Assembly: GCA_038064835.1 (NCBI GenBank)
Contig: JBBTSD010000007.1
Location: 4,893 to 68,892 of the forward strand
Source of the DNA: Patescibacteria group bacterium
GTDB taxonomy: Bacteria; Patescibacteriota; Minisyncoccia; Phycocordibacterales; UBA2100
Length of the DNA: 64,000 nt
Direction of reading: 5' to 3'
Part shown: in pieces, positions 39,420-48,053 of the stretch
Layout of the letters: each line of letters starts with the position of its first letter
Position numbering within the stretch: position 1 is the stretch's first letter
Program-made: the position numbers and the translations under genes
Notes under the pieces: generated by a model
Databases searched by the model: none
What the model was told of the DNA's origin: nothing
The model's input: only the letters and a program-made list of their open reading frames with translations

Positions 39420-40049
39420 TTATGTGCGATGAGTAAGCACGAAAAAGTGATGATACTGGTTGTCGAAAGGTACGAACTCTTTTTGTACAACAAAGTGCTG
39501 TTCAAGAACCTTCCGAAATCTGCGAGCTGGGTACCCTCTCTTTCCCAGCTCCCAGTAGTGCTGTCCGGTAAAGGTATGTTTGAGCGGAACGGGAACCTTA
39601 CAGGCAAAGCGAATGTCAGGTAGGAAAGGAATTTTGCATGAAAACCTGATGGACGGACCAAAATGCGGGACGCTTACTAGCACACCTTTCCGGGCCACAC
39701 GGGCCAGTTCCGCAACCGCCTGAGGAACCTGCTCGAATGGTATATGCTCAAGTACTTCAAACGCACACACCACATCGTATGATTTATCAGCACACGGAAG
39801 CGCGGTAATCGAGCCATTGATGTCGGCACCCACATCATCAGCTATGTCGACACTGGTGTAGCGAACATCTGTATTATTTTTAAGATAACTGGCGATCACC
39901 CCATCACCTACCCCGACCTCGAGCACTTCTTTTGGTTCCATACGCAAAATCTCCGAGAGCTGGTGATGATAGCTTACCCAACGGTCTAAGCCACAGTAGC
40001 GCCAGAAGTTGTATGCCGAACGATCTACTTGCTTTTTGAAAGTATCCAT
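39420..40049 (-). CDS. Class I SAM methyltransferase (Methyltransf_11-like)
   Basis: LEVGVGDG, FEVLEHIP, HYWELG; start moved to MDTFKK. Confidence 0.85.
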   Translation of the reverse strand: MDTFKKQVDRSAYNFWRYCGLDRWVSYHHQLSEILRMEPKEVLEVGVGDGVIASYLKNNTDVRYTSVDIADDVGADINGSITALPCADKSYDVVCAFEVLEHIPFEQVPQAVAELARVARKGVLVSVPHFGPSIRFSCKIPFLPDIRFACKVPVPLKHTFTGQHYWELGKRGYPARRFRKVLEQHFVVQKEFVPFDNQYHHFFVLTHRT

Positions 40050-41104
40050 AGCAATTGTTGCATGAGGTTTAAAAGTGAATGTTGTTCGCGCACTACACGA
40101 ATTGCTCGTTCTCGAATCTCCACTTCTTCTCGAGGGTTCGCATGTGAAAACCAAGCGATAGCTTCGGCAAACAACTCCGGGCGAAGCTCGTCGACAACGA
40201 GGTGGCGCTCTATCCTCTGCATAATAGGACGGACTGCCTCGCTCGCAGAGATTACCACACATCCTGCCGCCATGGCCTCAAGCACGGCTTTGTCGAGACT
40301 TCCTGTAGCGCTCGCGTGCAGAAAGGCATCTGCCTTTGCGAGCACCCCCGGCATTTTTTTAGGGTCGATAGACCCGTGAAATTCTATAAACCTTTCCGCA
40401 TTGAGTTCGTGCACTCGGTTTTTAAGACCTTGTAGATATTCTTTATCACCTTCTGCTGTGGGACCTCCCACAATCGAAAAATGATACGGTATGCCGTACC
40501 GAGGGAGAAAGGCCATAGCTTCGATAAGCACATCAATGTTCTTCGTCGGTGTGATACGACCCGCGGTAATAAACCGGTAGACATCACCACGCGCAGGCCG
40601 CTCAGATAGAAACAAACTCGCATCAATACCATGTCCTGTCACAACTTTCTTTGGTGTCTTAATACGGAAGCTCTCGGGTGATGCTGTGCACACTGTGTGT
40701 GCAAAAAAAGTTGCCAGACGAAGCGTCAGCGTAACGCTCTTGTGGGTATACCACAAGACGATACGCTTTTTCATCAATCGCCATATGAGACCACCGAGGA
40801 CGATGTACTCGGGATTCATGTGCACGAAAACAGCATTGTATGGTCGTGCGTCTGCAAGTATGAAACGGTAAAAGCGTTGTATCCGCACAAGACGAGATGT
40901 GCCCACTTCTTTGCCCAGCGACAGTACATGCACATTGGACGGGAAATCATGCTCCCCTTCCTCTAGGCAAATGACAGTCACCGACTCGCACTCTCGCGCA
41001 AGCATCTCAATCCAGGTATGAAAGAAGCCCAGTATTGGATGTGTTCTATCAACAACTTGCGTCGTGACGAGGATACGAATCTTGTTCCCAGAATCCAACG
41101 CCAT
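40025..41104 (-). CDS. GT4 glycosyltransferase
   Basis: GRITPTKN, GSLDKAVLEAMAAG. Confidence 0.88.
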   Translation of the reverse strand: MALDSGNKIRILVTTQVVDRTHPILGFFHTWIEMLARECESVTVICLEEGEHDFPSNVHVLSLGKEVGTSRLVRIQRFYRFILADARPYNAVFVHMNPEYIVLGGLIWRLMKKRIVLWYTHKSVTLTLRLATFFAHTVCTASPESFRIKTPKKVVTGHGIDASLFLSERPARGDVYRFITAGRITPTKNIDVLIEAMAFLPRYGIPYHFSIVGGPTAEGDKEYLQGLKNRVHELNAERFIEFHGSIDPKKMPGVLAKADAFLHASATGSLDKAVLEAMAAGCVVISASEAVRPIMQRIERHLVVDELRPELFAEAIAWFSHANPREEVEIRERAIRVVREQHSLLNLMQQLLWILSKSK

Positions 41105-41151
41105 GTCAGTATAGTGCTCCAAGCTGAGCCACCTGTCTATTGCGCCCTGTA

Positions 41152-42012
41152 TTAAATCTTCGTGCCGTACACACCTTTGAGTAGCTCGATGTCTTTCTTG
41201 GTTGCTTTCAAGAGAGAGATGTTTTTGTCTTCAAGAGCACGCAAAAGAGCAAGGGTTTTCTTGTCTGCTTTTTTTTGCTTTTTGTAGTCACTACGGAGTG
41301 CTGCAAAGTCTTTGATAAAGCAATGCCCGCCTGCGCCTCTCCCTGGTTTTGCCCCTGGGTGTCGACTGACATCTACCACCTTGAAATGCGATTGTCCAAT
41401 TCGGGGATCTGCGCCTACTGCCTCGCGAAAATTATTCCAATCACACCCATACGCTTTTGCAATATCATAAAACGCGTTGGCGAACACCACTTTTGTGTAC
41501 AAAAAGCAGTTGGCTGCATATTTCACCAGCTCAGATTCACGCGAAGAAATTATTTGTGTGAACGGGGCGTTCGGGAGAACGCTCATTACTTTTTCTGCGG
41601 CCTCGCGTTGTGCGGGGGTGTCGCGTGAAATACCGATAATGTTCCGTGTCGGGTGGGCGGCATCGTGCGCGGCAGTAGATTCAACCAGAAATTCAGGTGA
41701 GTGGAAAACAATTTTCTTTGGATACTTCTTTTGAAGTCTTTCCGTACTCCCCGGAAGCATGGTGCATTTAATGACGGCGATTTTCCCATCCCCCACCAAA
41801 GAGAGCACCTGGCCAACAGTACTATCATCAAATCCTTTCGGTGTTGTTGGCGCCGGGACGGCTATAAAAACTACATCACAGCCTTTGATATGGTCCTTAT
41901 TCTGCGCATAGGGAGCGCTTCTCGTATACCGGACCACATCAAATCCCCTCTTCTCAAAGTCATCGGCGTAGCTCTTGCCAATGAAGCCCTGCCCTATGAA
42001 ACCTATACGCAT
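41152..42012 (-). CDS. Second short nucleotide-sugar dehydrogenase (no C-terminal domain)
   Basis: GQGFIG, PEFL, ELVKY, DPRIG, GAGGHCFIKD. Confidence 0.85.
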   Translation of the reverse strand: MRIGFIGQGFIGKSYADDFEKRGFDVVRYTRSAPYAQNKDHIKGCDVVFIAVPAPTTPKGFDDSTVGQVLSLVGDGKIAVIKCTMLPGSTERLQKKYPKKIVFHSPEFLVESTAAHDAAHPTRNIIGISRDTPAQREAAEKVMSVLPNAPFTQIISSRESELVKYAANCFLYTKVVFANAFYDIAKAYGCDWNNFREAVGADPRIGQSHFKVVDVSRHPGAKPGRGAGGHCFIKDFAALRSDYKKQKKADKKTLALLRALEDKNISLLKATKKDIELLKGVYGTKI

Positions 42013-42018
42013 CGGCAC

Positions 42019-42046
42019 ATGCTATAGATTCGAGGCGCTAAGTCAA
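42019..42046 (-). promoter_or_regulatory. Sigma70-type promoter TTGACT-N16-TAGCAT, 6 nt before ATG 42012
   Basis: Minus strand ttgact tagcgcctcgaatcta tagcat gtgccg ATG. Confidence 0.65.
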
Positions 42047-42192
42047 GATTTACTGCGGCTAGCGAGGAGCGAAATGATAGGAGCGAAACGAACTCTCATT
42101 TCCTCTGAGTGACGACGCAGAAAGGTCCATCCCAGGGACCTTTTCCCGATGGCGAAAAACTGGTATAACGCGCGTAGGCATGGGAGTACACG

Positions 42193-43155
42193 ATGGATTA
42201 TCCATTCCACATATTCGGCTTGGGCAGTAACGATCCTTTCGCGGCCCTTATCGCTGAAAGCCTGAAAGTTCCTTTGGGAAAAATGGAACGAAAGCCGTTT
42301 AGTGACGGTGAGATCTTTCTACGGTTCCATGAGAACCTCCGAAGAAAGCATGTGTTTTTGGTGCAGTCCACAAACCAGCCTGATAGCAATTTGATGGCTC
42401 TTGAAATCGCCATAGACGCTGCCCGGCGTGCCTCGGCAGGAGAAATAACTGCGGTCATACCATACTTTGGCTATGCGCGTCAGGACCGAAAAAACGGCCC
42501 GCGCCAGCCAATTACCGCATCGATGATTGCGCTTAAATTGGAAGCGTTGGGCATCGATCGTGTTATCACCATGGATTTGCACGCGAACCAGATTGAAGGA
42601 TTCTTTCGTCACACACCAGTGGACAATCTCTACGCACGGAAAGTGTTCACTCCGTATCTCAAAGCAAGATTTGCGGATCCTATTGCGCGCAACAATCTTA
42701 CCGTAATTGCTCCGGATGTAGGAGCGGTCGGCCGAGCACAGTCATACGCCGTACGAATGATGGATAAGGCTCGATTGGCAATTTTCCACAAAGGACGCTT
42801 GAAGCCAAACGAAGTCGACGAGATGATACTTGTCGGCGATGTGACCGGCCAAGAATGTTTGATTGTTGACGACATGGCTGACACCTGTACCACACTCGCG
42901 CGATCTGCGGAGATCCTGATTGAACGAGGTGCGACAGAAGTGTATGCGGCGGTCGCGCATGGAGTACTGTCGGGAAAAGCACTCGAACGACTTGAGGCAT
43001 CACCCATAAAGAGACTTTTTATCACAGATACCATTGCTCAAGTACGGAGTAGTCCGAAGCTAGAAGTCGTATCTGTTGCGGGGTTGTTTGCTGAGACTAT
43101 TGCCCGCGTTGAACGAGGAGAGTCTGTGAGTGTTTTGTTCGAAGACACCCACTAG
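42193..43155 (+). CDS. prs: Ribose-phosphate pyrophosphokinase
   Basis: FSDGE, PYFGYARQDRK, MDLHANQIEGFF, APDVG, IVDDMADT; SD GGGAG upstream. Confidence 0.96.
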   Translation: MDYPFHIFGLGSNDPFAALIAESLKVPLGKMERKPFSDGEIFLRFHENLRRKHVFLVQSTNQPDSNLMALEIAIDAARRASAGEITAVIPYFGYARQDRKNGPRQPITASMIALKLEALGIDRVITMDLHANQIEGFFRHTPVDNLYARKVFTPYLKARFADPIARNNLTVIAPDVGAVGRAQSYAVRMMDKARLAIFHKGRLKPNEVDEMILVGDVTGQECLIVDDMADTCTTLARSAEILIERGATEVYAAVAHGVLSGKALERLEASPIKRLFITDTIAQVRSSPKLEVVSVAGLFAETIARVERGESVSVLFEDTH

Positions 43156-43157
43156 GT

Positions 43158-43186
43158 AAAGCCGGTCGCTACGCGACCGGCTTTTT
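43158..43186. terminator. Terminator between convergent prs and GT4
   Basis: AAAGCCGGTCGC-tac-GCGACCGGCTTTTT. Confidence 0.8.
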
Positions 43187-44203
43187 GGTTGTCGCAATAT
43201 CTTCGCAGTAGCGGTTCACATATTCGTCAAAGTCGGCATACGGGTAGTTCTTGAGAGTCGCTTGCCGACTACCACTTTCAATCCAGCGTAGAGCAGCGTC
43301 AGCAAACTCTTCTTCATGTGCAATCATCGCTCCTGCCTCCTGCCCTACACCCACGGGGGTAGACAGTACCGGGATACCGGCCGCCAGAGCTTCGATGGTC
43401 ACCATGCCGTACCCTTCGTATCGCGACGAGACAAGCACCAAATCAGCCTGAGCAAGAAAATATTTTATGTTTGGTTGCTCGCCCACCAATAATACAAATC
43501 GTTCGAGACCAGCATCTTTTGCTTCGCGGACAAGTCGTTCTTTGAGAGATCCTGTGCCGATAATGGTAAGACCTGCATCATGATGTGCATTACGAATTGT
43601 CTTAAGTGCACGAATACACAGAGAAAACTGTTTCTCACTCTCAAGGCGTCCGATAGCGAGCAGTGAAATTTTGAATTGAGGGTGTTTAAGACGGGGAATC
43701 TTTTCAAATGAATGAACATCTACAAATATAGGGAGTACGGTGCTTGGTGTTTTTATACCCTGCCTCTGGAGCGCTTCGCGAATACCTTCCGACACCACCC
43801 GAATGTGTGAGGCGCGTCGCAAAACAAAAGCTGCCACGAGACGCCGAATCCGATTTAGAAAATGATGCGCCTTGTATCCCGGCCCAAATACATCGGTGTG
43901 GACCTGTACATGAAGTGCCTTTTTGAATATGAACGAGCAAACCCATGCAACGAACCCTGTTTCGAATGGATCTTGCGTCGAAATGATGTCTGCAAGTCGA
44001 GCTTCACGAATTACCGTGCGCATACTGGCGGGGTATGCGTGCGCACTCTCACCAAGACTAATCGCAGTAAGTCCGTGCCTGCGTCGTGAAAAAACCAAGA
44101 CCACATACGATTCGAAGTACTCTGCATACGCCTGCTGTCTTTTATACACCGCGGTACCCGGCTTGAGAATATTTCTATCAGTTGAAAAAATAACTACGCG
44201 CAT
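43169..44203 (-). CDS. GT4 glycosyltransferase
   Basis: GRLESEK, SRYEGYGMVTIEALAAG. Confidence 0.9.
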   Translation of the reverse strand: MRVVIFSTDRNILKPGTAVYKRQQAYAEYFESYVVLVFSRRRHGLTAISLGESAHAYPASMRTVIREARLADIISTQDPFETGFVAWVCSFIFKKALHVQVHTDVFGPGYKAHHFLNRIRRLVAAFVLRRASHIRVVSEGIREALQRQGIKTPSTVLPIFVDVHSFEKIPRLKHPQFKISLLAIGRLESEKQFSLCIRALKTIRNAHHDAGLTIIGTGSLKERLVREAKDAGLERFVLLVGEQPNIKYFLAQADLVLVSSRYEGYGMVTIEALAAGIPVLSTPVGVGQEAGAMIAHEEEFADAALRWIESGSRQATLKNYPYADFDEYVNRYCEDIATTKKPVA

Positions 44204-45291
44204 ACTTTTTTAAGTAATTCCGACAAACCGGCAACAGTGGCCGCAACTGTGAACTTTTCAGCACGCCGTTTTGCAGTAGCAACGCGTAGCGCAATTTCTG
44301 GAGAGAATTCGAGTGTCTGCTGTATCGCTTCGGTTAGCATCTTATCATTATGCATGGGAACAATCGCCGCTTGCGAGCTGTCTTCTGCAACCTCCCTATT
44401 TCCTGGTATATCCGAGACCACTACAGGAACACCAAGCATCATCACCTCGATAAGGGTGTGTGGCAGTCCTTCGTACGATGAATTAAGCACAAAAACATTG
44501 GCTTCTTTACAAAAGCCCAACATTTCTTCCCTGGGTAAAGATCCAGTGAGTTTCACCCTCTGTTGCAAACCAAGTTCTTGGATAAGAGCTTCAATCTCCT
44601 GGCGAGATGGACCTTCTCCAATTAGTACCAGGTGCCAATTACCCTGTGCAGTTGCGCGAATGATTCCTGTGAATTCTTTCCATGGAGTCAAGCGTCCCAC
44701 AGCAACTACGAGAGGGTGTGGCATGTTAACAGTTTTTCGAGTGTGCTCTGGGAGACTTATCCCGTTATACACGACTGCCACTCGTGATTCGGTGACCCCC
44801 CAGCCCAGTACAATCTTTTTCAGATAGTTACTAGGGACAATGACTTGTGTTGCATTCCGAGCTACAAGGAACTGCAATGCGCGTAAAAACAACAAGTAGG
44901 GATGTCGCGGCCACCGCGGAAACTCATCCAGACCCACTGTCACACCAAACCGTTGTCTGCCCTGCTCCCACACATGGTCCCCGACAATTTTTACTACAAA
45001 CGCGCGCCGCAACAGGTATGCGGCAAGAAACGAAGGCCACCCGACACTCAAGGCGTCCTGTGCATATACAATATCCGTTCGTCGGGCGTGCGAAAAAATT
45101 GAAAAGAAGTAACTGATGTGAGAGGCGACTTTTGGCAAATGCCGAAAGCGCCCAAACGGTAGAACATCTACCACAAACCCCAACGCAGGGAGGTGTTCTT
45201 CCAGAAGTGGCACATAGGTAGCCGGCCCCCCGATATCGGGTGGATATATCCCTGTAGGAACCAGAAGTCGAATGGGTGTATCTTTGTCCAT
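44194..45291 (-). CDS. GT4 glycosyltransferase
   Basis: YPPDIGGPATY, GRLTPWK, SSYEGLPHTLIE. Confidence 0.9.
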   Translation of the reverse strand: MDKDTPIRLLVPTGIYPPDIGGPATYVPLLEEHLPALGFVVDVLPFGRFRHLPKVASHISYFFSIFSHARRTDIVYAQDALSVGWPSFLAAYLLRRAFVVKIVGDHVWEQGRQRFGVTVGLDEFPRWPRHPYLLFLRALQFLVARNATQVIVPSNYLKKIVLGWGVTESRVAVVYNGISLPEHTRKTVNMPHPLVVAVGRLTPWKEFTGIIRATAQGNWHLVLIGEGPSRQEIEALIQELGLQQRVKLTGSLPREEMLGFCKEANVFVLNSSYEGLPHTLIEVMMLGVPVVVSDIPGNREVAEDSSQAAIVPMHNDKMLTEAIQQTLEFSPEIALRVATAKRRAEKFTVAATVAGLSELLKKVCA

Positions 45292-45339
45292 CACGCTACT
45301 CTAGCGCACCCACGCACGCCAAGCGAGTGCCCCAATTTG

Positions 45340-46281
45340 CTAGAGCCAGGGAAAACCTCTGCCGAAATGTCCCCATTGTGCTGTTTCTTCATAGCGAGGT
45401 TTGTTGAGTGAAAGGAATATGCGAATACCACGAGGCGTGAGGTCGTACCCACGAATTGGTTCGGAATTCCCATCAAGCGTCGCGACTGCCATGAGGGCAC
45501 TGGGGTGGCCAATTGCGTAGGCAAGCTTTACGAAGACGGTGCGAGCACCTCTTTTTTTCAAGAGATCTACCGCAATCCGACGCGCCATATATGCCCCGGA
45601 TCGGTCAACTTTACTAGGATCCTTTCCTGAAAAAGCTCCTCCTCCCACGGCAATTTCAGGGCCATAGTTATCCACCACGATTTTTCTCCCGGTGAGCCCT
45701 GTGTCCGCATCAAACCCTCCAACACTCCAATCGCCCGCGGGGTTAAGGTGGTATTCATCCGCAGGGACAATTTTCTTTGCAATTTTTTTCAACTCGCGTT
45801 GTGACACATTTTGAAAACTTGCGACTACGGAACGCACTGAGCCGTCATCTGCGATCGTAACCTGTGTCTTCCCATCGTATGGGTGCAGCGCATAAATCGC
45901 TTGGCATAATGTTCGTGCAAGCTCATACTCGCGTGGCATGTAGGTAGCAGTTTCCGCCGTTGCATAACCTGTCATGATCCCCTGATCGCCCGCACCACCC
46001 GTATCGACTCCGCGAGATATTTCTGGACTTTGTTCAACAATATGTATCCGCACATCAAACCCTGGACCTGCGATTGTGCGCACAATTCGATGTACATCAG
46101 GCATCTCGGCATCGGCACTTACCTCTCCTGCCACCGTGATAGTGCCATGAGCGCCCAGGGTCTCTACGGCAACACGCGCCTGCGGATCTTTGGTCAGATA
46201 TGCGTCTAGTATCGCGTCCGAAATACGGTCGCACAACTTGTCCGGATGTCGTGGAGACACCGATTCACTCGTTTTCATCAT
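45340..46281 (-). CDS. metK: S-adenosylmethionine synthetase (short, 313 aa)
   Basis: SESVSPRHPDKLCD, GAGDQG, DGKTQVT, DTGLTGRKI, GGGAFSGKDPSKVDRS; the ORF-track N-terminal extension is the riboswitch. Confidence 0.95.
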   Translation of the reverse strand: MMKTSESVSPRHPDKLCDRISDAILDAYLTKDPQARVAVETLGAHGTITVAGEVSADAEMPDVHRIVRTIAGPGFDVRIHIVEQSPEISRGVDTGGAGDQGIMTGYATAETATYMPREYELARTLCQAIYALHPYDGKTQVTIADDGSVRSVVASFQNVSQRELKKIAKKIVPADEYHLNPAGDWSVGGFDADTGLTGRKIVVDNYGPEIAVGGGAFSGKDPSKVDRSGAYMARRIAVDLLKKRGARTVFVKLAYAIGHPSALMAVATLDGNSEPIRGYDLTPRGIRIFLSLNKPRYEETAQWGHFGRGFPWL

Positions 46282-46312
46282 AGAAAAACGATTAGCTAAT
46301 AGCGTAGCAACT

Positions 46313-46333
46313 AAAAACGCGCTATGCGCGCGT
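46313..46333 (-). terminator. Riboswitch expression-platform terminator
   Basis: Minus strand ACGCGC-gcata-GCGCGT-TTTT between the aptamer and metK start. Confidence 0.6.
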
Positions 46334-46344
46334 ATCGAGGAGGT

Positions 46345-46457
46345 TGCATCTTCCCTGGTTTCCCAGGATGGAATTCGCACCTTGCAAAGAATTATCCAAG
46401 CAGGTTGCGGATGGGGGTCTTTTTCGGGCCATAGCCCTCCCCCACACTCTCGATACA
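46345..46457 (-). promoter_or_regulatory. SAM-I (S-box) riboswitch aptamer upstream of metK
   Basis: Minus strand gtATCgAGAG..GGAGGG.ctat.GGCCC..GCAACC..GGTGCgAATTCC..GAAGATgc, all S-box blocks in order; TATACT -10 at 46480-46475. Confidence 0.92.
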
Positions 46458-46513
46458 TATTCAGTTGTAGAAACAGTATACAGCGCACCAATATGCAGAC
46501 AAGCGGCGCTGGG

Positions 46514-46645
46514 TTAGCGCCGCACTTCAGGATATTTGAGCGAGACCATGGCCAGTGCAAAAGGGTTCACAAGAAGAGTACACATCAAAAAACCATTACA
46601 CATCATTCCCGCTACGAATAGCGGACCAAACGGATACATGGGCAT
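46514..46645 (-). CDS. Candidate 43-aa Met-rich hydrophobic peptide
   Basis: SD AAGGAG 7 nt upstream; MPMYPFGPLFVAGMMCNGFLMCTLLVNPFALAMVSLKYPEVRR; hairpin GCGGCGCT-aaccc-AGCGCCGC over the stop. Confidence 0.5.
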   Translation of the reverse strand: MPMYPFGPLFVAGMMCNGFLMCTLLVNPFALAMVSLKYPEVRR

Positions 46646-46677
46646 GTGGCTACTCCTTACACCATCGACAAGTAAGG

Positions 46678-46800
46678 TCTGAACAAAAGTCGTAGAAAAT
46701 TATGGATATGTCGAAGAAGAAAAAAGTGAAATATATCCGCAGATACATTGAGCTTTTTTCTTCGAGTCAGAGCCATAATTTTCAAGACTTGGTGTTCAGA
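46678..46800. repeat. 123-nt imperfect inverted repeat (long rod hairpin)
   Basis: Nested arms TCTGAAC/GTTCAGA, AAGTC/GACTT, GAAAATTATGG/CCATAATTTTC, TCGAAGAA/TTCTTCGA. Confidence 0.75.
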
Positions 46801-46802
46801 GA

Positions 46803-48041
46803 TTAGTTGGAGATGGTGTTGCCTTTCACAGAATGCTCTATCTTGAACAGATGGTCAAACACCTTTTTTTTCATATCTCTCGCAATGATATCCCAGTCAT
46901 ATTTTGCGAGCACCATGTCTTTGGCATTTTTCACAACCTCCCGGACCTTTTCAGGACGCGCCGTGATATCGCGTACAGCATCCGCAATTTGCTTCGGCGA
47001 ATCTTTGTCTACTGCCCACCCGGTCGTTGGCTTGTCGGGGTTCCGTCTCTCATCAAAAAGAAAATCTGAAATGCCACCCTCATGTGTGGCAATGACCGGC
47101 ATTTCTGCTGCCATGGCTTCCATAAATGATGCGCCAAATCCTTCAGAGCGTGATGGTCGAATGAATATGTCGCACGCCTTGAGAAGTAGCGGCATCTCTG
47201 TGTGACCAATCTGCCCTTCAAAATGTATGCGGTGCTCAACCTTTTTTTCTTTTGCAAGTGTTCTCAACATGTCCTCATCTGGCCCTGTTCCGTAAATAAC
47301 AAAATGGACACGCTCTGGAAGAAGTGCTATGGCTTGTATAACATCGTCGACTGCATTTTTTGTAACAAGTCGTGAAGTGGTCACTAGAAACACATCGTTT
47401 TCGGTTTTACCGAGCTTTGCCCGTGCTCCACTTAATTCTTCAGCAGAGTACGCCTGCATAAAATGTTGAGCTGCAACGGCATTTGGAATTATTTCGATAG
47501 GTCCAGAAAAATTTCGAGCACGAGCCCATTTCGCAAGAAAAGTCGATAACGGCTGAATGATATCGGCCATGGTAAAAGCTCGCGTAAACAAAGGCCAGAC
47601 CGGGCGCATTTTTGCTTCGATATAATCAACCGGGTCACCTTCTTGCAGGTTGAGTACATATCCCACTTCTGGATGCACCATCTTAAAGATGGCGGCCGGT
47701 ACTCCCGTCGAGTGCGCCATCATCGCCCACATGGCATCAAAGTGGTATTTTCGATGTAGCCGGATTGCCTTCCACGCCGCAAGAAATTGATATAAAGGTT
47801 TATTGAAATTGAGGGGCCACTTTTTGAGATCGGCCATTGATGGATTGTGAGTAACAATACCAATACGATGCACAATGATATTCCCGATTTTCTCCTCCTT
47901 GGGAAGCGTGGCATCGAACCGATTTGTCACCATATGAAACTCAATGTCTGGCATCCGTTCAGTTATTTCCTTAATAGCGACCTCTGCGCCCCCTACATGT
48001 TTCGGGAAGTACGCAAGCGAAAATATAAGAACCTTTTTCAT
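46803..48041 (-). CDS. GT4 glycosyltransferase
   Basis: VGGAEVA, SRLVTKN, RPSRSEGFGASFMEAMAA. Confidence 0.92.
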   Translation of the reverse strand: MKKVLIFSLAYFPKHVGGAEVAIKEITERMPDIEFHMVTNRFDATLPKEEKIGNIIVHRIGIVTHNPSMADLKKWPLNFNKPLYQFLAAWKAIRLHRKYHFDAMWAMMAHSTGVPAAIFKMVHPEVGYVLNLQEGDPVDYIEAKMRPVWPLFTRAFTMADIIQPLSTFLAKWARARNFSGPIEIIPNAVAAQHFMQAYSAEELSGARAKLGKTENDVFLVTTSRLVTKNAVDDVIQAIALLPERVHFVIYGTGPDEDMLRTLAKEKKVEHRIHFEGQIGHTEMPLLLKACDIFIRPSRSEGFGASFMEAMAAEMPVIATHEGGISDFLFDERRNPDKPTTGWAVDKDSPKQIADAVRDITARPEKVREVVKNAKDMVLAKYDWDIIARDMKKKVFDHLFKIEHSVKGNTISN

Positions 48042-48053
48042 AGGAGCATGTTA

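Noticed and set aside
42100-42125. Hammerhead-like CTGAGTGA...GAAA
   Set aside because: Spacing does not fit CUGANGA and the three required stems could not be built
46282-46560. 93-aa N-terminal extension of MetK in the ORF track
   Set aside because: It spans the SAM-I riboswitch and its promoter; MetK similarity begins at MMKTSESV (46281)
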